Source: Picochlorum sp. SENEW3
Lineage: Eukaryota
Direction: 5' to 3'
Assembly (NCBI GenBank): GCA_034226945.1
Contig: CP120458.1
Coordinates: 806,001 to 870,000, forward strand
Length of the DNA: 64,000 nucleotides
The position numbers and the translations under genes were made by a program. The stretch's first letter is position 1, and each line of letters begins with the position of its first letter. The notes beneath the pieces were generated by a model. The model did no database searches. It saw only the letters and a program-made list of their open reading frames with translations, and was not told where the DNA came from. Below, piece after piece: positions 24,507-34,256 of the stretch.

Positions 24507-25922
24507 ATGCAAGTGCTTCATTGCAAGCCACCCGCCTTGTTGGCGGGTATCACCACGACTGTCTTGTCCAGAAAGGCAACATGGACACCACAGTGCGGCA
24601 GGTTTCGCAGCAGTAGAGTACCAGAAAGATTAGAGAAGAAGAAACCAATCATCTTGAATAGGGCAATGCAAAGCGTGGCCGCGTCGGCAGAGACTGTTGA
24701 TGATCCAAGTTTGTACGATCGATTGGAAGCGCTCGCGACCGCAGCGACGAATTTTTTCCCATTGTTTGTCATTTCTTTCGCGATATTGGGTACCATCAAG
24801 CCATCGTCAATGACGTGGCTGCCCCCGTCCCTTCTCTCCTGGACGAGTGGCTTGTCCATGCTGGGCATGGGGTTGACTCTGACATTCAAGGATTTTCAGC
24901 GAGCCTTGTCCAATCCAAAGCAGATTTTGACAGGAGTGACATTGCAGTATACAGTCATGCCAACTTTGGCCTTTATCATCTCACGCATCGCACAGCTTCC
25001 CATCGACATGACGATTGGTCTCTGTGTGATTGGAGCCTGCCCTGGTGGAACGGCATCCAACATTGTCACCTATCTGGCAAAGGCGGATGTGCCGCTGTCG
25101 GTGACCATGACAACCGCCAGTACTCTTGGCGCCGTCATCATGACTCCATTTCTGACCAGCATACTCTTGGGGACCTTGGTGCCGGTGAATGCAGCAGGCC
25201 TGCTCATGTCTACCCTGCAAATTGTTTTGATTCCAGTGCTGGTGGGATGTGCACTGAATCAGTCCTTTCCCAGGACAATGGCCAAAATGGCCCCATTCAG
25301 TGCCTTTGGAGCCGTTATATTGATTGCTGTGCTGTGTGGAAGGATTATGGCGGACAATAGCGCGTCCCTCCTGTCTGCAGGATGGTCTCTGCTCTGCAGC
25401 GTGTTTGCCCTCCATGGTGGAGGATTTCTGTTGGGCTACCTGGTGAGCAAGGCTGTCGGTGTTAAAGAGAGCGCGGCTCGCACGAATTCAATTGAAGTTG
25501 GAATGCAAAACTCTGCTCTCGGAGCTCTCCTCGCGACGCAACACTTTCCGATGAATCCCTGTGCTGCAGTGCCCTGTGCCATCTCTGCCTGCACGCACAG
25601 CATGCTGGGATCCATGCTTGCAGCCATCTGGAGCCGACGAGAACCAGAGGATGTGATCCAAGAGGAAAAAGAACGCCGTGAAAACAACTTGGCCCGTAGA
25701 AAACTGGAAGTGCGATCCTGGATCTCTCGGTGGAGAACAAGGACTGGAGTCTCTCGTGATGTACTTTTTTTGGACGGGGCGAGTGGCCCCATACGAGAGT
25801 GGGTCACGCCGGAGGAGAGGGACATGTACTCGTCCGAGCAGATTGAATTCTTGACCCGCAAACGACAAGCCCAAGTCAACATATTTAATGCCAGCAGTAG
25901 TAGTAATAGTGGCAAGTTATAA
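24507..25922 (+). CDS. Plastid bile acid:sodium symporter family transporter (BASS)
   Basis: MLGMGLTL, QYTVMP, CPGGTASNIVTY, SIEVGMQNS; transit peptide. Confidence 0.92.
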   Translation: MQVLHCKPPALLAGITTTVLSRKATWTPQCGRFRSSRVPERLEKKKPIILNRAMQSVAASAETVDDPSLYDRLEALATAATNFFPLFVISFAILGTIKPSSMTWLPPSLLSWTSGLSMLGMGLTLTFKDFQRALSNPKQILTGVTLQYTVMPTLAFIISRIAQLPIDMTIGLCVIGACPGGTASNIVTYLAKADVPLSVTMTTASTLGAVIMTPFLTSILLGTLVPVNAAGLLMSTLQIVLIPVLVGCALNQSFPRTMAKMAPFSAFGAVILIAVLCGRIMADNSASLLSAGWSLLCSVFALHGGGFLLGYLVSKAVGVKESAARTNSIEVGMQNSALGALLATQHFPMNPCAAVPCAISACTHSMLGSMLAAIWSRREPEDVIQEEKERRENNLARRKLEVRSWISRWRTRTGVSRDVLFLDGASGPIREWVTPEERDMYSSEQIEFLTRKRQAQVNIFNASSSSNSGKL

Positions 25923-26028
25923 TTTATTTTTCCTTTTTTTTGTGTAGTTTATATTTCGTTTCGTCTGCTACTGCTGCTGTTGTGAAGCGATATTCAATAA
26001 ACAACAATTCAATTCAACAACAAGAGGA

Positions 26029-27234
26029 ATGATCTCAACAACAACAAAAGAGCATGTGCTGAAAGATTCGGCAGTAGATAACACTAGAAGTAATACAAAG
26101 AAAAAAAAGCGAACATTTGCAGACGTGGCGACGTGCACAACAACGTCAAGGCAAAAACATGTTTTTCCCTCAGCAGCACTGGGAAGCGACTGGTTGCCTC
26201 AGTTTGCCAAGGCTCGAGTGAGTGAAAAAGAAAAGGCGTGTTCATCATCACGGCTTCCTCCTCCATCGAACGAGCCCTTTGAAGATTGGACGCCGTGCAC
26301 CACAGTGCGCATCTCGTGTGAGACTCTCTCGGAGAAGAAGAAGAAGAATACCAATAATATGAGAATCCGGGATGTGGTCGAGGCGGATCTGCGACACGTG
26401 TCATCTGGCATATATGATCGGGTATCGAATCGTGATGATGAGAATCTTCGGCTGGCCATGACGGCTGCGACGTCGACGTGGACGTTTCCCCAGAGGTGCA
26501 TGTCGCCAGGCGTCTTTCGATCCCTGCCAGATGATGTGAAGAAGGAACGGCGTCACGATTGGAAAGAAGCGCTGTGCTCTGTGTATGACTTGTATAAAAG
26601 CGCAACAGAGCCCTTTGTATTCTATGTGTCGTCTCCAGAGTATCAATCAAGTAGATCAAGCCACCCAAAGTACACAGTCATGTTTGCCGCCTCCAAGACC
26701 TCGAGTCATAAACAACGAATGCACGCCGTTCTGTCCCAATCGACAAAAGGGCTTCGGAGTTTGTTACACTCGTGTGGCATTGGGTTTGAAGCTCCACTGC
26801 TGAAAGATCCCTTGAAGAGTAAAGACCAAGGAGCGAGGAGCATTCTTGTGTTTGAAGGGGCATTGAGGGTCCATGGCATGTTTGACATCCTCTTGAACAA
26901 GGCGATTGGAGGCATGTCCCACGACGATTGTGATGTACCATGCGTGCATGCACCAGGGCCCTTTCGAAACGCCACCATGGTGAAGATTCCATGCCAAATC
27001 CAATCGAGTACCGTGACGATTGGGGGCAGCCATAGCTCGTGGATTCCACCATGGACGATTCGTCGAATTCTGCAATGCTTGGTGTCAACAGAAGACTACA
27101 CGATATGGTTAACGCCGGTTCCAGACGTGTCTCGTGGATGCATGAATTCGTATGGAGAATGTCTCTTGAGTATTGAATACAATAGTGGCATGTTTACAGC
27201 AGTCAAGGCCAGTGCACCCCTCGCACCCGTGTAA
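26029..27234 (+). CDS. DONSON: DONSON (downstream neighbour of SON)-like replication factor
   Basis: DWTPCTTVRI, WKEALCSVY, FYV..YTVMF, SQSTKGLRSLL, VHGMFDILLN, PGPFRNAT match the DONSON block order. Confidence 0.75.
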   Translation: MISTTTKEHVLKDSAVDNTRSNTKKKKRTFADVATCTTTSRQKHVFPSAALGSDWLPQFAKARVSEKEKACSSSRLPPPSNEPFEDWTPCTTVRISCETLSEKKKKNTNNMRIRDVVEADLRHVSSGIYDRVSNRDDENLRLAMTAATSTWTFPQRCMSPGVFRSLPDDVKKERRHDWKEALCSVYDLYKSATEPFVFYVSSPEYQSSRSSHPKYTVMFAASKTSSHKQRMHAVLSQSTKGLRSLLHSCGIGFEAPLLKDPLKSKDQGARSILVFEGALRVHGMFDILLNKAIGGMSHDDCDVPCVHAPGPFRNATMVKIPCQIQSSTVTIGGSHSSWIPPWTIRRILQCLVSTEDYTIWLTPVPDVSRGCMNSYGECLLSIEYNSGMFTAVKASAPLAPV

Positions 27235-27236
27235 TA

Positions 27237-28157
27237 TTATAACAAATGATGCATGCCCCGAATCAGCATTTCGCGCAGCTGCCATCGAGGCGGATGGTGC
27301 TTTCCATCCTGCCCAATGTACCCGGCCTCTTCCTGCTGAAGCGCCCAATAATAATACACTCTGTGAACCTCTTCCGGCCCACCCTCTACCACATTCCCAT
27401 GCGTATCCCTCGTACAATTAATCTGCTGACATGTAAACTGCGCTACAATAATCGGCGAGTCGTCCAGCATTTTCAAATCCACCAACTCGACCTCGGACGT
27501 GTCCAGCAGCGTCGGATCTGGCACCAGCCCAGCCTCCTTTTGCGCTTTAATAATCCCCGTCAGCCGCTCAATCATCTCGGGAGAACAATACTCTTTAATC
27601 ACGTCCTCTTTCCCTTGGAGATATGCCTTGATGACGACTGGAACATCTGATTTCACCCGCTGCAGAAACTCAACCATGTCAAACCCAACATCCCTCGACC
27701 GAATCTCTCGAAGCGCCTGCGCAGCCTCTGATTCCTGAAAGAATGAATCAGAAGCATCCTGAATTCGATGCACCAATGGCGAATCTGACATTTCCCATCG
27801 CTCCTTCATGGCGTCAGCCACATCCTTGCCCTTGCTCCGCAGCCTCTGAAAAAACGGATGATCGTAAATCGTCTTTTTATCACTATTACTATCTGCTATC
27901 GGTGCTATGTCTGTTCTATCAGATGTCTGAATATTGTCTGCCTTTTCAGAAGCTCCTCGAATGGCTGATGCTCGAGGAGGCTCTGGGAGCACTGCCTTGT
28001 ACATTTCCCTCAGAAATGACGACGACGTGGCTTCTTTTGTTTTGTTGCTTTCCGATTCCGATGATGATGCTGTGTATTCGCGCAGGAAGAGAGGAAGAGC
28101 ACGACTATTACTACTAATAATGCGTCTTCGTGACGCAGCAACAAACAACAATGACAT
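27237..28157 (-). CDS. TIM44: Mitochondrial import inner membrane translocase subunit Tim44
   Basis: WEMSDSPLV, ESEAAQALREI..RD..F, PIIVAQFTCQQINC, WQLREM; presequence. Confidence 0.92.
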   Translation of the reverse strand: MSLLFVAASRRRIISSNSRALPLFLREYTASSSESESNKTKEATSSSFLREMYKAVLPEPPRASAIRGASEKADNIQTSDRTDIAPIADSNSDKKTIYDHPFFQRLRSKGKDVADAMKERWEMSDSPLVHRIQDASDSFFQESEAAQALREIRSRDVGFDMVEFLQRVKSDVPVVIKAYLQGKEDVIKEYCSPEMIERLTGIIKAQKEAGLVPDPTLLDTSEVELVDLKMLDDSPIIVAQFTCQQINCTRDTHGNVVEGGPEEVHRVYYYWALQQEEAGYIGQDGKHHPPRWQLREMLIRGMHHLL

Positions 28158-28199
28158 GTTGTTGTTTATATTTTACACAAAAATAAACATTTGATTGAT

Positions 28200-28846
28200 T
28201 TACAACTTTGGCACGAGGACTCTGTCAATCACCTGGACAATGGCGCGATCGGCCCTGATGTTTCTCAGCCCTGGAATAATCTTGGCGCTTCCTGGGTACT
28301 TGAGAGACCTTCTTCCTGGCTGAACACCACCGTAGTAGATGCGCACGGTTCCCTTGGGGCTCTTGAAAATGTCCAAGACTTGGTCGTCATCGAGGTCGGT
28401 ACCCCAGCTCTGGAGCTGCTCCAAGCTCTGGGTGGTCAACCTGTCATCTGGAATAACATGGTATCTCAACACGGTTTGGAGCAACTCGGTGTTGCCCAAC
28501 AATTCCTCAGCAGTGACGCCCAAATTATCCAACAAGATGCCAAAGGCCTCGTTGGTTGGAGCAAAGACGGTTCCCCTGAAGTTTGGGTTGTTCAACAGGT
28601 TTTTAAACCCGGCAGCATCGATTGCCGCCACCAGAGTAGACAGCGCGTCAGAGTCCTTGGCAGTCTGGTACACGGTCTTTGCCGAGCATGTTGTTGCTGC
28701 TGAGATGAACAGCAGTGAGCACGCAAACAATGCGACGATCCTTTTGTTGTTGTTGTTGTTGGTAGAGAATCCTGTCCACAATTATGTTGTAGTAGTATTT
28801 TGGTCTTTTTTTGCCATGAACAACCACACTATTGATACGTACCCAT
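28200..28846 (-). CDS. Secreted fasciclin (FAS1) domain protein, 1 intron after ATG-G
   Basis: Signal peptide, LSTLVAAIDAAG, TVFAPTNEAF, VLRYHVIP, VQVIDRVLVP. Confidence 0.9.
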
Positions 28847-29115
28847 TTTGTATGAAATTGAGCAAAGATTCAACCTTTTTTTGTTTTTATTTATTTATTG
28901 TGAATGATTGTGAATAATAATATTGGAGAAGAAGAAGAAGAAGAAGAATCTTCTTATGCCGCGTCATCAGCATCATGATTCAAATGTGTGGCCAGGATTG
29001 ATTGCAGATTCTGCCTCTTCTCTCTTCTTAAGAAGAAGAAGCTTCAGGCAGGAAAGAAAAAAAGAAGAAGAGGCAAAGTAAAGTGCATTACATCTTGCTA
29101 TAATATATGAAATCA

Positions 29116-30304
29116 TCAGGCCCAGATGCCAATGACCAGCATGATGGCTGCTCCAGCAAAGTAAGATGCAAAGCAAAGCACCTGGATTACTACAGGTTGG
29201 ATTCGGAGCCACAATGCCTGTGATTTGACGGCATTCATGTGATCCGCAAGCGATAGGTATATCAGGGCCCCAGCAGCAATGGCATCGAGTATTCCAGTGA
29301 CCAGGAGGTATGCAGAGCTGTTGACATTGAGAGATTCTCTAATGCCGATGCCGACAGCAACACCAATGGGAGTCATGACCGAGTAGATCAATGCAAACAA
29401 GAGTATCAATTTGCCACCAATTCCAAACTCTGATGCACTGGAGCCAAGCGCAATTCCCTCAAAAAACTGCATTTTTTGGCATGGTTTGTTCATCTGAAAC
29501 AACAACAAGAGTATAAAACATACATACCTGATGGAATATAATTGCGATGAAAAGCGATACAAATGAAGAGGAGGATGTGACGCCAAGGGCAATACCAATC
29601 AGAACCGAATGAATCCCAATAGACACTTCAGAAACAATCAACTTTGTCAATAGTGCCCGGTAACGTTTTTCTGGACTCATGGATTTAATTACATCTCCAT
29701 TGTATTTTGGCTGTGAGAAGGTTCCAGAAAATTGTCTGCTGTGAATCACCTCTAGTGTGAATGTTCTTTCGATCGGAATCTCTTCATCATCATCATCATT
29801 GTTGTTGCCTTCTGAATGCTTATCAATTTCTTGCATTACAATAAACAGCAAGTAGTCCAGAGTCTGCAGAATCACAATGGTAATGACAACAAAAAGCAGA
29901 GCCCACGAGTCATACGCATCGTTCCAGGATTCTGGTAGACACGGACTCGATAAATTTTCGCTTGCATCACCGAGCATGTGTACAAACCCTACGGCGAGCA
30001 TCACGCCGCTACCCGCAAAGGCTCCGAGCTTGACAGCGAGACGCAACGTGGCCGATCTTCTCCACAAAAGTAAAAGAGGAAAAGCGGCACCCAAAAATGA
30101 CACAACCCAAAGAACAAACACGCTCGCAATCGCGAGGTCAAGGTTGTATGATTCTGGAGTAGAGTCGCCGCAGTCCTCATTGTCGTCACCGAGGACAACG
30201 GGTGAGCAAAATAAGAGCAAAACTATTATTTTAAAATACATTGGGATATCCTTTTGTCGCAATACGCCTGTCCTTTCACTTTTCCGTTTTTTGGGGATTG
30301 GCAT
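29116..30304 (-). CDS. ZIP family Zn/Fe transporter, 1 intron (likely start Met at 30241)
   Basis: GSGVMLAVGFVHML, HSVLIGIALG, FHQ|FFEGIALG, TPIGVAVG, GIWA. Confidence 0.93.
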
Positions 30305-31542
30305 TATTGTTATTCTGTCACGTCTTCTTATTAAGAACGTCTACTACTACTACTACTGTGGAGTAGTTGCAGGAATCCCTCCAAAGTGATGGTTACGTCA
30401 AGACGCTCGGCCACTTGGCCCCATTCCTGGCACACTCCTCCAGACTTCTGGAGCCATCAGCACCCACATCGTTCACGAGGAACTAGACATAGCAAACATC
30501 AGCGCTATTGCTACGCATCAAATAGCGTCACCTCCATACTTGGATTGCAGATTTCGTCAGAGACCGCAGCTTATCTCGGCTCAGCTGGACCCTGCAGACC
30601 TACAGCCAAAGACGGTGGCTAAGCAAGTGAAAGAGGCCGGTCCACCAGCACGGCAGCGGCTGGGGGAAACTACTTTGCCAACAACATTCTTAGGACCAGA
30701 CTGAACGCGTGAAGGCACGAAACATGCCTCTTGCCAGGCTTTGAATGGTGTGTCCAGCCTTTCAGGAACAGCGCGAAGATGCCATCCATCAGTTCTTCGA
30801 CGACCACCAGCTGGAACACGCTATAGCGTATGTCCCATTGCGTGCGGTTCGACGGGGCCTAGTTTAAGGCCTCTTCCATACCTCTATTCCATAGTAGTAT
30901 TTAGTGCAGTATGGAATCTTTAGCTGGTTGGTTGCTGGTACACGGGAGTTTCGGTGCTCCAGGGTAGACTGTGAGAATGTCTATTTAGTGTCAGACAGGA
31001 GGAAGAAAGAAGACATGTCCCCACAGCCATGTCTAGGAAGAGGTTGGAGAAGACACAGCCTTGATTGACGAGGCCAGCAGCAGCCAGCCACAGATCCCGT
31101 TGTGGCAACGTGTGGGCAGATTTTTACATCGAGTGCTCGGCAAGCACTTTCAGAACATTCGTGATTAGGTGACCCTTGGTCCGTCCCAGAGCCAACAACC
31201 AGTCCACGCCAAGGGTTTGGGTGATCCCATCCCGAGGTGTGGGAGTGAGTTTTTAGTGAGTGCTACTGCTCTGTCTCCTGACAGGCACGGGCCACCAGGA
31301 AGGAACCACTTGCAACGTGGGCGCTTCTCATTGACACCCCAAGCTTCCTCAGTCGCACAGACAGCCGGGTTCCCTCACGAGAAGGCCGCCCACGCAAGCA
31401 GCAACTTTGTGTCACTCTCTTGCTTCTTCAGCACACCGCCAAGGGAGAGAACACGGCTGAATTAAAAAAATATATATTCGCCGCGAAAGATTTTGGTGTT
31501 TCTATTCACCAGATATTCCGGCATATCATATATCCTGTATCA

Positions 31543-31658
31543 TCCATATTCGAAAGAGCGCAGGTTCGAACCCTGTCACGATCACTGTCGGAATTTCGAA
31601 ATTGACAGAAATATCCGATCAGATCGTGTGGCCGAGCGGTTAAGGCGTATGGGTAAGG
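31543..31658 (+). tRNA. trnL-AAG: Circularly permuted tRNA-Leu(AAG): 3' half 31543-31584, 37-nt linker, 5' half 31622-31658
   Basis: Acceptor stem GATCGTG/CACGATC plus discriminator A; D arm GCC/GGC with A box TGGCCGAGCGG; anticodon stem TATGG/CCATA, loop GT-AAG-G|T; type II variable arm TTCGAAAGAGC; T arm GCAGG-TTCGAAC-CCTGT. Confidence 0.9.
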
Positions 31659-34150
31659 TCCTTAATTAGAACATTAAATATGTTCCGATTATCGTTTTGC
31701 AACATCTCCGTTTGAAGCAAGTGCACCACTTGGTGCAGCTTCCAGCACTTGCTTCTAGGTTTTTTTTACATTCCTTTTACAACACGATACAGACATGCCT
31801 TCTATTTGTATTTAGAACATCAAAAAACGTTCTAAGATTCATTTTGAATCAACAAGGAACTTGTTGTGATGGACCCCTCGGATCTCCTATAGGAGATATA
31901 GCCATGGTTCCATCTTAGAGATCCATAGTATCTCTTATCATCTGAACGTATCCATGAAGATCACCATATATAATATTCTACTTAAATCTATAATCAGGTC
32001 TTAATTAGATATATTAAGTAGGAGATCTTCCTTCCTACTTACACTTGTTGAATTGACCAGCAATTCAAACTGTGGACAGTTACCAGAAAAGATGTGTGGA
32101 TAGCCTGCGTGGTGGATTTCGATACTTTTCTACGGCAATTACATCCAATTGATGATGAGATTTGGATTTATTTGTACTGCCTAGGAAATCCTTGTGCTTA
32201 GACCCATTTTCAGCACGGACACCAATATAGCTCATCCAATCAAGTCATCTCCCGATCATTGGGACGAAATATTGTACTATGCAGAGCGATTTTCATCAGA
32301 ATGGACTGCGTATGGCACCAACTAAATTTTTGACTTGAAAAAGACAGTCCCCAGGGATACTGTCATGGCGAGTTGCCGATTAGTGCAGATAGGCCTCTGC
32401 ACTCCTATATGTGATGACCTTTTAAACAACGTGAGATATAAAAGTGTGCTCGTCATCTGCATCGAAATGATCTCTTCCTACTACATTGGCAGAAATGACA
32501 TTTGGAGCAAGCATATTATGTTTGGAAATTTCTTGAAAGGTTGTCACAATTGGCTTTACAGGAAAAGCCAAACATGTGGGCATGAACGAAACGATTCACT
32601 GTCAATCCGATGGAAGAGAAATTTATAAGTCTAGTGCGATTGGAATGTGATGAGATGAGTCCACCAGGAGCACAATTGTCAGCTTCAACAAATACGAAAG
32701 TCTTCCTCTTTGTTCAATGCTGACAGAAGAAAAGACATGGATCTTGCGTTTCGGAATGCGCATTTCAATATTCTGGATCTATTGTCGGACTTTTATGGCT
32801 GATGTATCATATAAACACTAGATCAAGGTTTTGATTGTGGGAGTATGGGTATCATCATATCTCACAAGAAGTTTGGATGATGACAATCTTCTCACACATT
32901 TGTTCCTCTTGTCCCGTCAATTCACCGATGCTTTGCGATTCATTCTGGAATTAGATCTAATCTGTTATCACTGAAATGCAAACTTAAAGCTTCATGGGAG
33001 CTTTCTGTGACGAGAGGGAAACGACGCCTCTGCGGTCAACAAAGGGTATCAGGAAGCCCCACGCGCGTATAATGTAATGTTGTTCTTTGAGCATCTTTAA
33101 TTCAAGATGTGAGGTATCGCATAGGATTGCCACGGTCTTTTCGTGGCCAAGAGGCTGCGGCGACCATGTCGCTGGCATGGTTAGTCACGTGGCAATGTTT
33201 CATATAGACCACATGGATACACTTGAAGAAATTCTTTACGCCGGAAATATGCGTAACATGGACTCGGAAAGGCTTTCCGCGTCTCTCAGTGGTGGCTGGT
33301 TACGTTGTGCACAACGATAACGACCCTATAAGATGAAAGTTGGTGCCTTTGGCATCGTATACACAGAAGAATTGAACATGTATTTTAGTATCAATAAAGA
33401 AAAACTGAACAGTCATGGGCCATTAACGGGCTTCAGGATGTGAAGAAACGATGAAAGACGCTCTTCTTCTTTTCATCGCTTCGGATCTGCTCCCCTGGAT
33501 CCAGATGACGAGCACGGTATGTTTCTGTATCCTGTGGTGTTCCTCTTTCTTCTGACTATCATTTCTAGTACGATTCTGCGCAGATGGGCCATTTGCAGCA
33601 CTAGCAGCAAGGCCTTGCATTGCTACACCAGGAGTATGGTTTTGGTATCCACAAGTTCTTCCTGCCTTGCTGACTACTTTGAAAAGCCTTTCGTCAGATC
33701 ATCCTCCTCATCATTACAGGACAACAGGTATTTTTCCTACTCGAGAGACCTCTGAGAGGTACTCATGAATGGTGTTATCATGTGTCATCTGAATGAGAGG
33801 AAGACATGTACTTTTTTTAAAAACCTACATACAGAAAGAGAGTCCGAATTGAACGCATGGATGCCATATAAATAATTCGAGTATATAGATAATCAGAGGT
33901 ATTTTGGGTGAAGGAAGGGGTGGAAGATGGATGTCCCATCCATGATTGTTCATGTGCTGCATGAAAGGGTGATCAAGGAATGGGCGCCCTTCATGCACTG
34001 TCCGATGTCGCATCACGGTATGGCATCTGTGTTGTTTTTTTTTTTTCAATCTTGGTCATTTATTTATACTTTTATGAGTATTATTATAATATTACAGAGT
34101 GTTATCGGTCTATACAGCGGAGAGTCGGGTACGCAGCAGGTTTTTGGCCG

Positions 34151-34176
34151 TTTCGCGCGCGGAACTCCCCGCGCGA
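34151..34176. promoter_or_regulatory. E2F-like sites and GC hairpin upstream of the HNH gene
   Basis: TTTCGCGC (+) overlaps TTCCGCGC (-); inverted repeat TCGCGCG...CGCGCGA lies ~100 bp before ATG 34257. Confidence 0.4.
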
Positions 34177-34256
34177 CATCTGCAGCGTGTTCTGGTTTGA
34201 TTTAATCGTATATATGATATTTATATTATGTAGGGTAGATTTCAGCTTTTGAGGAG

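Noticed and set aside
28925..29075. GAA and similar microsatellites, poly-A/T runs
   Set aside because: Ordinary simple repeats; no repeat-spacer structure, so not CRISPR.
31205..31260. ACCCAAACCCT on the minus strand as a telomerase RNA template
   Set aside because: Does not match TTTAGGG or TTAGGG, and no type-3 Pol III promoter or terminator is evident.
31543..31658. Two independent broken tRNA pseudogenes, or a tandem tRNA array
   Set aside because: The halves are exactly complementary, their missing parts are absent from the flanks, and the break fits 37/38; permutation explains this better.
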